Source of the DNA: a virus
Lineage: Duplodnaviria > Caudoviricetes
Reading direction: 5' to 3' (one strand)
IMG/VR virus record: IMGVR_UViG_3300006867_000057
Location: 1-29,304 of that record
Length of the DNA stretch: 29,304 nucleotides
Numbering within the stretch: position 1 is the stretch's first letter; each line of letters starts with the position of its first letter. The notes under the pieces are model-generated. The model was not told where the DNA came from. It ran no database searches and saw only the letters and a program-made list of their open reading frames with translations. Positions 1 through 8,155 of the stretch are shown piece by piece. Both the position numbers and the translations under genes were made by a program.

Positions 1-84
1 AAACGCCTCGCCAAATCCCATCTGCGGGCCAGGCGTCACCGCCGCCTGCAGCGCTAGCTCCGGGTTAGGCGCGAGCGACTGCAT
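1..84 (-). CDS. 5' end of a probable internal virion protein, running off the window edge
   Basis: ATG at 84, 6 nt after the stop of 91..2262; open frame MQSLAPNPELALQAAVTPGPQMGFGEAF to position 1; position in the virion gene cluster. Confidence 0.55.
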   Translation of the reverse strand, partial: MQSLAPNPELALQAAVTPGPQMGFGEAF

Positions 85-90
85 GCTGGG

Positions 91-2262
91 CTACCGCTGC
101 CCCAAGCGATTGCTGAGGACGATGTAGAGCTCGAGCAGCGGCACCTGGTAGTTGTCTAGGTACCGCATGCCGTCCGGCGCGAGCAGGTACGCGAAATTGG
201 GCACGCCGGTGGCAGTAAAGGCTGTGTCAGCCAGGCTACTCTCTTTCGCCGCGCCCTGCGCGGTCTGGGGCAGGTCGTCAGACAGTCCGGCCTGGCGTCG
301 CGCCTGCTGCAGGTCCGCAAACGTGATTTTGCCGCGCTTATCCTCCAGGTATTCGAACGCGCTGACCGGCATGCCTGGCGGCAGCCAAACCTTGAACGCC
401 TGCTTAGTCACCGGGTCTTTTCCCTCGGCTTCGACAATTCCGCCGGCGACGTGCTTCTCCCCGGTGTAGGTTGCGCCGAGCACGCGCTGCTGAGCGCGCT
501 CGTACTTCTTTTCCGTTACTTCCCCAGTCCCGGCTTCGGACAGCAGCACGGCCTCAGTAGCCTGCTGCAGAAAGCCCCGGTCAGCTGAGAGAATGTTGAC
601 GCCGCCGCTCGTCGTTAGCTTTTGCGACATGTTACGGTCGAACCCCGGCGCGTAGACGAGACTTACGCCTGTCGCCTTTGCGGTGACGCCCGCCACGATA
701 TCGCGCGCGAGCGCTTGGTTGCCCATGGCGTAGTGGTCGGCCGCCACGAAATAAACGCCGCTGTCGCTTGCTACCTGGGCGAGCGCCTCTTTGCCGACTT
801 GGCCGCCGCCCTTCAAAAAACTGGCGAATAGATCTAGCTTGTCGGCTGGCGACACTGCGGGATCAGAGATGAAGCGTGTCACGACTGCTTTTTCGTTTTG
901 GGTGAAGTAGTTGCGGTTGACGCCGTAGGTTCCCGCAAGCTCGACAACGGCGGAGAAGCGCTGCGTCAGCAGATCCGGGTTGCGCATGTCGTCGAGCGTC
1001 AATAGCGGAATGTGCGACCTACGGCTAACACGGTTGTGGTAGCTCACTACGTCGGCACTCGCCTGAGATTGGCTAGACTGAGCAATCTGCTGCGCCAGGC
1101 CGGCGAGCTCGTTAGTTGCCTCGGTGCCACCCACGCGCAGCAGCTGCGTCGCCAGCTCCTGTTGCGCCGATGGCGGCATGTTCCGCATCGTCGCTACCAG
1201 ATCGACGCGCCTCCCCAACTCATCGAGCAGGGCGTTCGTCTCGGGATCGCCCAAGGCGCGCGCGCGTGTCGCCAGCTCACTCAGCACCTGCGGGCTAGGC
1301 TCTATTAGATCTTTCAGCTGGTTCTGGTGCGACCTAATATCTGCACGCAGATCTGCGGTGGCCGCCCTATAGCTAGCGTTGCCTGCAGTTATCTGCGCTT
1401 GCATTTCGGCGGCCAGCGTCTTGCGCGCATCCCCGGTCAGCCTGCCTGCTAGTGTCTTGTCGCCGGACACGGCTTTCCGAAAATCAGCGAGATAGGCGTT
1501 GCGGTCGGGCGCGCCAGCAAACTCTGCGCGGATACGCGCTACGTTGCCGAGCATCTCGAGCTTGAGAACGTCGCGCTCGATGTCGTCAGGGTCACGCCCA
1601 AGAGCGCGCTGGCTCTCGCGGTAAGACGTTAACGTCGCGCTTAGCAGGAAGTCAGGCATCTGCTCCCCGCCGATCCGCTCAACCGTCTGTTGCACTTCGT
1701 GCTGCAGTCGGATCTGCCGCGCTTCGTTTTCCTTCGCTTGCTCCTTCAGGTAGGCGCCAGAGTACGAGAGGAAGGCAGCGTTGCCCGCGATCTGCAATGA
1801 GTCGCCAAGGCGCTGAGCCGCCAGTGGATCGAGCTGCCCGATGGCCTCCGAGTAGCCGTCGATGATACTGCCGATCCGCGCGTTTAGTTCCTCCGGCAGA
1901 CCCTTGCTCTCAACCCAGTCAAAGTGCGCCTGGTTGATAGCAGTGCGCGCGTCTGTCTCGATGCGCGACGACGATGCAGCGACGGCTGCGTCATACGCGT
2001 TGCGGTCGTAGATCGTCGTCGGCACCCTCTCAGAAAAGCGCTCAAGCGTTTCCTGCGGCGCGGTTGCACCCGCACGCCGCCCCTCGAGGCGAGCGCGCTC
2101 CCCGAGCGACTGCGCAGCGAACTGCACGACGCGATCCGCCTGCTGGCTGATTGTCTGCCCCTGGCGCTGTGCCTCGCGCAACGCCGCCGGGTCTACCTGG
2201 CGCGGCGCGGCCACGGCTGCAGACAGCCGGGCAGAGGGCTCTAATGTCGGGTAGCGCGCCAT
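91..2262 (-). CDS. Putative internal virion (ejection) protein, 723 aa
   Basis: Long Ala/Gln-rich helical ORF downstream of the tail-tube genes, where podoviruses place core/ejection proteins; TGATG coupling with the upstream gene. Confidence 0.65.
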   Translation of the reverse strand: MARYPTLEPSARLSAAVAAPRQVDPAALREAQRQGQTISQQADRVVQFAAQSLGERARLEGRRAGATAPQETLERFSERVPTTIYDRNAYDAAVAASSSRIETDARTAINQAHFDWVESKGLPEELNARIGSIIDGYSEAIGQLDPLAAQRLGDSLQIAGNAAFLSYSGAYLKEQAKENEARQIRLQHEVQQTVERIGGEQMPDFLLSATLTSYRESQRALGRDPDDIERDVLKLEMLGNVARIRAEFAGAPDRNAYLADFRKAVSGDKTLAGRLTGDARKTLAAEMQAQITAGNASYRAATADLRADIRSHQNQLKDLIEPSPQVLSELATRARALGDPETNALLDELGRRVDLVATMRNMPPSAQQELATQLLRVGGTEATNELAGLAQQIAQSSQSQASADVVSYHNRVSRRSHIPLLTLDDMRNPDLLTQRFSAVVELAGTYGVNRNYFTQNEKAVVTRFISDPAVSPADKLDLFASFLKGGGQVGKEALAQVASDSGVYFVAADHYAMGNQALARDIVAGVTAKATGVSLVYAPGFDRNMSQKLTTSGGVNILSADRGFLQQATEAVLLSEAGTGEVTEKKYERAQQRVLGATYTGEKHVAGGIVEAEGKDPVTKQAFKVWLPPGMPVSAFEYLEDKRGKITFADLQQARRQAGLSDDLPQTAQGAAKESSLADTAFTATGVPNFAYLLAPDGMRYLDNYQVPLLELYIVLSNRLGQR

Positions 2263-2750
2263 CAGCGCATGCCGCCAATCATCTTGTATTGGAACGCACC
2301 GGCGGCAAGCGACCCTGCGGCGTTGAACATGCCGGTGGTCGCTGCGGTCCTGCCGGCCTGGCGGTAGATGTTGGCTTGGTACCGGCCGCCGGCTTCTGCG
2401 ATGCGCGCGTTTTCCTGCGCCAGCAGCGCGTTATCGACTTGCGTAGCGTAGTCCTGGTAGCCCTGGCTGATGTTTGCGTCGATCAGGCTGCCGGTGCTGC
2501 CGCTAAAAGGGTCCAGGCTGCCCTGCGCCGCGCGAGCGTTGATCGTCGCCAGGTTGCGGCGCATCGCGACCAGATGCTGCGTGCCTGCGTCTTTGTATGC
2601 GATAGCCTCTTGCCGCGCGCGCAGGGCGTCCGCCTTGCCTTGTATGGCCGCCATTTGCGCTTGCGCGTTGTACTGCGCCTGCGCTGCCTGACCCGCGCGG
2701 ATCTGACCCGCTGCAGAAAGGAGAGACGCTGCGACGAGTGCTACTTGCAC
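2262..2750 (-). CDS. Putative small internal virion protein (T7 gp14-like position), 162 aa
   Basis: Hydrophobic N-terminus, Ala/Gln-rich body and Gly-rich 'AAGSLAAGAFQY' C-terminus; immediately follows tail tubular B. Confidence 0.65.
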   Translation of the reverse strand: MQVALVAASLLSAAGQIRAGQAAQAQYNAQAQMAAIQGKADALRARQEAIAYKDAGTQHLVAMRRNLATINARAAQGSLDPFSGSTGSLIDANISQGYQDYATQVDNALLAQENARIAEAGGRYQANIYRQAGRTAATTGMFNAAGSLAAGAFQYKMIGGMR

Positions 2751-4729
2751 TACTGCCCCACACTTACTTTGTAGTCGAGACTCAGAAGGTGCAAAGCAAG
2801 CGGAACGGTCTGGCTAACCGTGATAGCGACCTCTTTGTTGAAGCCAAGCAACGGCCCGATTGTTTTGACGCCGGTAAACGGCGCGACTGCTGCGTCGAGG
2901 ACGCTTTCGCCAAACTGCCGAAACGCAACCAGCTGCCCGTTCACGCTCATGGCCTGGCTTTGGTAGACCTCGGCGTTGACCTCGAGGACGCGCTTGCGGA
3001 AGCCCTTAAGGTTGCCGCTCGCGAGGCGCGGCTCGAGCGGCATGGTCTTGACTGTGACTGTGTACGGCAGGCCAACCTGGTAGCTGGTCGTGCTGGCGCG
3101 GTCGAAGGTAACGGTTCCGCTTGCGACGGTTTTGTCGGCCTGCACCATGCCGTCCACAATTACGTTTAGGGACTTTGCCTCGAGGTGCGACGCCGAACCG
3201 GTTGCGCTGGCGCTGGCGCTGTAGACGCCGCTATCGGTCGTCAGCGACGGATCGAATAGCTCGACGTAGTACACGTCGGATCCGTTTACACTACGCTTCA
3301 CGATTGCGTAGGTGGTATCGACATCGACGCCGATAGCCTTGAACTCACCGTCGGTCGTGAAACGCGACGGCGCGACTACCTGCTGCGCGCGGAGCAGCGA
3401 GAAAACAGCAAGCGTGCCGTCTGTCGAGTTGACGATGAACAGGCGGTCAGCTTCTTCGGTTGATGTCGCGCGACGGATAGCCATATCCGTTGGCGCTTTG
3501 AGCAGGTGGCCCGACAGCAACGAGATATTCGCCGTCGTATAGCTCTGCTCGACGTCGGTAAAGAGCAGCTCGTTGAGCTGTTTACCCTGGCGCTGTACGA
3601 ACAGGGTTCCGCTGTCGAGCGCTGCGACGGGCACGCCTGGCTTAATCCCATTCCGCGTCGCGACTTTGGTCGTCAGGTTGGCCGGCGTAATGGGCTCCCC
3701 GACATTCTGTGGGATGTAGAACTCGCCTCCGCTCGTGAAGATCTGCAGGTCGCGGCCGCTGTGTATATCGACGATCTCGTTCAGCTGGTTAGTGGTCAGC
3801 GTCGCCGCAACAGCTCTGTCGTCTAGCCCCTCTCCGAAGTCGAAGTCGAAATAGCTGGACACGACGCTCCCGTAGAACGTCGTGGGCAGGCTTTTAGTGC
3901 CGCCGAAAAACAGCCTTCCTTCGTGGAATGTGACACTTTTTGGGTACCCGCGTCCGACACTCCAGGCGTCCTCGTAACCAGTCTCAAGCTCCCAATCGCC
4001 GCTTGCGATGGCCGTCGTGTCAAAGAACGCGACCTCCATGTACGCCTTGACGACTGTGCTGCTGACGTACTCGACGATGCGGCCGCGACCGAAAGTCTGC
4101 AGCGCATTTATGTATTGGCCGACGTTGCCGGCGCTAAATACGCCGGCGGACGCGGTGATCGTGACGTTGCCCGTCGCGGCGCTTGGCGTAATGGTCGCAG
4201 CCGGGTTGCTCGTGCTGGCGGTGTACGCGTACTGCGGCACGTTGTCGAACGCGATAGTGGTCGCGGTCCATGTACTATGGCTGCCGCCGCGCACGATCTT
4301 GAGTGGGGCTAGATCCTCGTGAACAAAGATGATCGTGTCGGCGGCCTGCGCATAGCGTAGGCGCGCGAGCATGCTGCTGGTGATCGAGCTGACAGCCAGG
4401 TAGTCGTTGCCGCTGCCGTTGATGTTTGTGACGAGAGCACCGTCGCGAAATATGTATATGCGCTGATTAACCAGCGCGAACATGTAGCTGTCATCCGTGT
4501 TGAACTCGAACGGCACGAGGCGCACGCCGTTCTGCGGCGCGGCGGCGGATGGAAGCTGGTATATGTACTTGAGGCCGTCGCGTCTCTTGGCGCCGCCCTG
4601 TGGCAAAATAAAGACGTTAGTCGCCGTTTCGAGCGCGTTGTAATACTGCTCTAAGTCGATGCGCGAGCGCAGGAGGGGGTCCATCTCGCCGGCGCTGAAA
4701 TTAGTCTGGATGCGAACGACACGGCTCAC
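2750..4729 (-). CDS. Tail tubular protein B / nozzle (T7 gp12 / P22 gp10-like)
   Basis: N-terminal 'QTNFSAGEMDP...R.D...Y', 'QGGAKRRDG' and 'GYPKSVTFHEGRLFFGG' motifs typical of this beta-propeller family; synteny. Confidence 0.85.
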   Translation of the reverse strand: MSRVVRIQTNFSAGEMDPLLRSRIDLEQYYNALETATNVFILPQGGAKRRDGLKYIYQLPSAAAPQNGVRLVPFEFNTDDSYMFALVNQRIYIFRDGALVTNINGSGNDYLAVSSITSSMLARLRYAQAADTIIFVHEDLAPLKIVRGGSHSTWTATTIAFDNVPQYAYTASTSNPAATITPSAATGNVTITASAGVFSAGNVGQYINALQTFGRGRIVEYVSSTVVKAYMEVAFFDTTAIASGDWELETGYEDAWSVGRGYPKSVTFHEGRLFFGGTKSLPTTFYGSVVSSYFDFDFGEGLDDRAVAATLTTNQLNEIVDIHSGRDLQIFTSGGEFYIPQNVGEPITPANLTTKVATRNGIKPGVPVAALDSGTLFVQRQGKQLNELLFTDVEQSYTTANISLLSGHLLKAPTDMAIRRATSTEEADRLFIVNSTDGTLAVFSLLRAQQVVAPSRFTTDGEFKAIGVDVDTTYAIVKRSVNGSDVYYVELFDPSLTTDSGVYSASASATGSASHLEAKSLNVIVDGMVQADKTVASGTVTFDRASTTSYQVGLPYTVTVKTMPLEPRLASGNLKGFRKRVLEVNAEVYQSQAMSVNGQLVAFRQFGESVLDAAVAPFTGVKTIGPLLGFNKEVAITVSQTVPLALHLLSLDYKVSVGQ

Positions 4730-5349
4730 GTCGCCCTCGCGCTAACGAGCGGGTAGTTAATGAAGGCTTGGGTCGGCTTGCTGCCGCCATCCGCGCTCAT
4801 GGCTACGCGCATCATGCCGCCGCGCATGTTTTCTGAGGGCGAGCCAGCCGCTAGCACCTGGAAGTATTGGGCCTTCGTGATTTGGTCCGTGACCGGTTCG
4901 GCGAAATGCCAGGCGAGCCAGTATTTCAGAAGCTGCACAAAGTAGGTCGGCATCACATCTTCGGAAGGCCGAAACTGATAGTCGATGTAGACGGTGCTGT
5001 AAGAAGTCAGCACATCGCGGCCGTAGACCTCCCAGCCGGTTGCGACCGGGCTTGTGCCGGTGCCGGCGCCAGGGAACAGCGCGCGCGGCCCACTGCCGAT
5101 CAGATCACTTGGCAACGGGTATGCGTAAAGCCACTCGTTTGTTGGCGCATCGACGCTGCGGGCCAGCTGCACCTTTTTGACGCTGAAGCTCCAGGGGTAG
5201 GACATCAGCACGATGTCGCGCAGGTCGTCGTAGAGCCTGTCGCAGGTTTGAGCTGCGTCGGTGCCTTCGGAGAATGAGGAAAGGGGCGAAGCCCCAAGCA
5301 TGATTAACGCGTCGGAGCAAATGCTGAGTTTTGTGTCGCCAGTTGCCAC
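4726..5349 (-). CDS. Tail tubular protein A / adaptor (T7 gp11-like)
   Basis: 'ICSDALIMLGA', 'YPWSF' and 'YAYPLPSD' motifs; 207 aa; directly upstream of tail tubular B. Confidence 0.85.
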   Translation of the reverse strand: MATGDTKLSICSDALIMLGASPLSSFSEGTDAAQTCDRLYDDLRDIVLMSYPWSFSVKKVQLARSVDAPTNEWLYAYPLPSDLIGSGPRALFPGAGTGTSPVATGWEVYGRDVLTSYSTVYIDYQFRPSEDVMPTYFVQLLKYWLAWHFAEPVTDQITKAQYFQVLAAGSPSENMRGGMMRVAMSADGGSKPTQAFINYPLVSARAT

Positions 5350-5356
5350 GCCGCGC

Positions 5357-5398
5357 CGCCCCTATTGGATAGGAGGCGGGGGAGCCGAAGCCCCCCCG
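5357..5398 (-). terminator. Stem-loops after the capsid genes (terminator or stabiliser, plus an SD-occluding hairpin)
   Basis: Minus-strand CGGGGGGGC-UUCG-GCUCCCCCG (5377-5398) and a second stem at 5357-5378; no U-tract. Confidence 0.5.
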
Positions 5399-5407
5399 TC
5401 GCCACAG

Positions 5408-5683
5408 TTAGTCGGTGTCGGTTTCGGCGATTACGGTGCCGTCCGAGCAATCAACGACGCCAGAGGCGTTACTGAGCACGATGCACCAATGCGCTGTCGG
5501 CGTGTTGCTGTCCACGACGAGGATAACGTCGCGCACAGACACTTCGTTCGACACGGCGTTGAAGTAGCCGCTCGCACGAACCGTCGCGATTGCGTCGGTC
5601 GAAGTGTAGGACCAGATCGCCGGAGCGCTGCCCTTCTTGGACTGGCCCCCGATGGGGTTCCAGCCAGATCTCGCAAATGCCAT
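5408..5683 (-). CDS. Small conserved virion-associated protein (possible head decoration), 91 aa
   Basis: ATG at 5683 with AGGGAG SD, 1 nt after the capsid stop; 'WSYTSTDAIATV..SGYFN' motif. Confidence 0.7.
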   Translation of the reverse strand: MAFARSGWNPIGGQSKKGSAPAIWSYTSTDAIATVRASGYFNAVSNEVSVRDVILVVDSNTPTAHWCIVLSNASGVVDCSDGTVIAETDTD

Positions 5684-5684
5684 C

Positions 5685-6539
5685 TTAGGACTCCCTGCAG
5701 GTGATTTTGACGATGCCGCCCGCCGTGGTGTCCTCGATGGCGACCGCGCCGGCACTGAACATCGAGCCGACCAGGAAGCTGGTTTTTTCGGGGACGTAAT
5801 CGACGCGCGACTGCTGGTTCATCGACATGCCAAGCCCAACGGCGTTCTTGTGGAACGCATAGGCGATGCGGTCGTTGGACCCGTCGATGGTCAGGCCGCC
5901 TTCGTCCATGTCGCCGATCACGACGATGCGAAAGCCCATGTAGGTGTTGACGCTGCCGTCGAGCAGATTGCGGGTTGACACGAAATCCACGCTGGTCGCC
6001 TGGGTTTCGCCAAGCAGCGCGTTGAGGCTGTTCGCATGGATCAGCAGCACGCGGTCAGAAGCCGGGACGTTGTTGGCGTTGAGCTTCTTCGCCGCTTCGC
6101 GGATCTTCGCGACATTCATGTCAGCAGCCGAGCCGCCCCCGCCAATGGTGTTGGCGACAGTGGCAGGCGTAGCCGCATCGAGCGCGTCGATGACGACCTG
6201 ATCCATGCGGCGACCGATTGCGTTGCCGACCAGCTCAACCAATTCCGCGCGGTCGTTAAAGTTGACGTGCGACTGGTTGAAGATGTCGGAATACTCGAAC
6301 GCACCGTAATCGACCATAGTCGCGGTTGCCTGCGAGTAGGTCGCGTTGATCGGAACAACGTCCGACTGCGGCGTCCGGATCGTCGCGGTGCCTTTGCCCA
6401 ATTTTGGGAACTTGACGGTAGATGCGCCTTGAGCGTCGCGTTCGCGGACGAGGCCGGCCAGCTTGCGCGTGGCCTGGTACTTCTGCTTAACCTCGGCGTC
6501 GAACAGCGTCGTGAAGGCGGTGCTCACGGAAAGAGCCAT
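5685..6539 (-). CDS. Major capsid protein
   Basis: 'F...FDAEVKQ.YQ', 'TVKFPKLGKG' and 'AIGRRMDQ.VIDAL' motifs; AGGAG SD; follows the scaffold gene. Confidence 0.9.
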   Translation of the reverse strand: MALSVSTAFTTLFDAEVKQKYQATRKLAGLVRERDAQGASTVKFPKLGKGTATIRTPQSDVVPINATYSQATATMVDYGAFEYSDIFNQSHVNFNDRAELVELVGNAIGRRMDQVVIDALDAATPATVANTIGGGGSAADMNVAKIREAAKKLNANNVPASDRVLLIHANSLNALLGETQATSVDFVSTRNLLDGSVNTYMGFRIVVIGDMDEGGLTIDGSNDRIAYAFHKNAVGLGMSMNQQSRVDYVPEKTSFLVGSMFSAGAVAIEDTTAGGIVKITCRES

Positions 6540-6675
6540 TGCTTCACTCCTAGTTGATGTTGCTGTTGTCTTGCGTCGGTTGTCCGCGTGGGCCGACTGG
6601 ATCTCTTGGCGCCGGCCTCGCGGTTATCGGCCTGCTCGTGCTAGCACAGTCTTGAGCCGAGCGCTGTAACCGAAA

Positions 6676-7497
6676 CTAGCCAGGGTATGCCTCGCCGTTC
6701 ATCTCGTAGACGAGGCGCTCGACCTTGCGCGTGTAGTCGCGGTCCTTCCCGTAGCGCGCGTCCGCCATCATGCTCTGCACCGTCACCATGTCGGCGCCGC
6801 CGGCGTCCTCGACGACGACGCTAGGCACGTCCCGCTCGTTGTAGGAGCGGCGTATCTTGTTGAGCGCGATGACCACATCGGCGCTCGTGCTGGCATCGGC
6901 GAGCGCCTCCAGCTCGCCCCTACTAATGACGCCGCTAGTCTGCAACCGTTGCAGCCACGCGTCGGTGCTCGCGATGATCTTGTCGCCGTTCCTGCCCAGG
7001 CGCTGCAACTCCTGGCTCCGCTGGTACTGCTGCTGGTCGGCGACAATGCCCTGCTGGTCGATGTAAAAACGCACCAGCTGCTCGTAGTCGCCCTGCGACA
7101 GCTTCATGTCGCGCGCCATCGCGTTAAAAGCGGTCAGGGCTTCGTCGTCAGGCGCAATCTCGACGCCCACATCTTCCAGGCTGTAATTGCCGTCCTTCGG
7201 CGCTTTATGCTTGCCGCTGTCCATTTTCGCCCGCAACTCGCGATATGAGTGCAGCAGCTTATCAGCCGCCAGCTCGCCCTTTTCCGCGTCCCAGAACTGC
7301 TCTGGCACGTCGTCTGGGCGTTGCGCTGCTGTTTCTGCCGCAGGGCGATCAGTCGTGATCTGGTCGTCGTCATCCGAAACAAATACAGGCGTCTCGTCGC
7401 TTGCCGGCGGCGCATCTGCTTGCTGTGTTGTGTTTCGGGATAGAAGGGGGGAGGTTTCATCGGCCGCTGGCGGGTTGTCGATGTTTTCAGTCATCAC
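6676..7497 (-). CDS. Capsid scaffolding protein
   Basis: Acidic N-terminus, 'RPDDVPEQFWD...L..SY.EL..K' motif and C-terminal 'MMADARY..D..Y..KVE'; upstream of the capsid gene. Confidence 0.8.
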   Translation of the reverse strand: MMTENIDNPPAADETSPLLSRNTTQQADAPPASDETPVFVSDDDDQITTDRPAAETAAQRPDDVPEQFWDAEKGELAADKLLHSYRELRAKMDSGKHKAPKDGNYSLEDVGVEIAPDDEALTAFNAMARDMKLSQGDYEQLVRFYIDQQGIVADQQQYQRSQELQRLGRNGDKIIASTDAWLQRLQTSGVISRGELEALADASTSADVVIALNKIRRSYNERDVPSVVVEDAGGADMVTVQSMMADARYGKDRDYTRKVERLVYEMNGEAYPG

Positions 7498-7744
7498 TCT
7501 CTCTGGCTCTTGTTATGCGACGCTCTATTTCTCGCACCAGGCTATTCTGGCCTTCGCGCGCGTACCCGTGGCTCGCGTCCTCGCCTGGGTACCAGGTGGG
7601 CTGCTCGATGGTGATGCCGCGCAGGTGCGCGAGCAGCTTCTTGCCGTCACGCGTCGAGAATACGCGCAAATGTAGCTTGTCCAGGTCGCTTGCCTGCTGC
7701 TTGGCAGGCGCGGGCGCGGTGCGGAGTAGCGCGTCCCACGTCAT
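7487..7744 (-). CDS. Conserved phage protein (Bbp19-like)
   Basis: 'VFST.DGKKLL..L...TIEQP.W.PG' and 'REGQNSLVREI' motifs between portal and scaffold; ATGA coupling at 7741-7744. Confidence 0.75.
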   Translation of the reverse strand: MTWDALLRTAPAPAKQQASDLDKLHLRVFSTRDGKKLLAHLRGITIEQPTWYPGEDASHGYAREGQNSLVREIERRITRARESDD

Positions 7745-7854
7745 TTGCGCCCGACCCAAAACAGGACAGCGGTGAGGAGCACGATCAGAGTTGCGCTGCC
7801 GAGCGCAATGTCGAGCACCATGCCGCCCACTAAGAAGTCGCCGCTAACGCCCAT
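7741..7854 (-). CDS. Small membrane peptide, 37 aa (not in the ORF track)
   Basis: MGVSGDFLVGGMVLDIALGSATLIVLLTAVLFWVGRK; fills the gap and overlaps both neighbours; one TM helix with a basic tail. Confidence 0.55.
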   Translation of the reverse strand: MGVSGDFLVGGMVLDIALGSATLIVLLTAVLFWVGRK

Positions 7855-8155
7855 CACTTTTCCCCTTGTTGCGCTTTGAGATCGCAGCAGCCTTGCGACG
7901 TGCATCGGCCTTCGAGCTTGCTCCCCAGGCCTGCAGCGACAGCAGCAAGCGAGTAGGCTTTCCGTTTTTGCGCTCTGGGCCGGGCATGTTGCCCATGCGC
8001 GCCAGAAACGAGGCGCGGCGCGGGTTGTCGCCAGCCTTGACCGGCGCTTTTAGGTCGCTGCCTGGGTTCTCGCGCTCGTAGGACCGGCGGCCCTTTTCGT
8101 TGAGGCCGCCCGCCGGGTTCTTGCCGGCCTTACGCGTCCAGGCTGCGGATTTCAT
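7844..8155 (-). CDS. Basic conserved phage protein (DUF6321-like)
   Basis: 'AWTRK.GKNP.GGLN.KGR.SY' and 'RRASF.ARM' motifs; ATGA overlap with the portal stop. Confidence 0.7.
   Translation of the reverse strand: MKSAAWTRKAGKNPAGGLNEKGRRSYERENPGSDLKAPVKAGDNPRRASFLARMGNMPGPERKNGKPTRLLLSLQAWGASSKADARRKAAAISKRNKGKSDGR

Noticed and set aside
5408-5755. T7 gp10B-like frameshift fusing the capsid to the downstream ORF
   Set aside because: The downstream ORF is in the +1 frame, has its own AGGGAG SD and ATG at 5683, and no in-frame slippery heptamer was seen.
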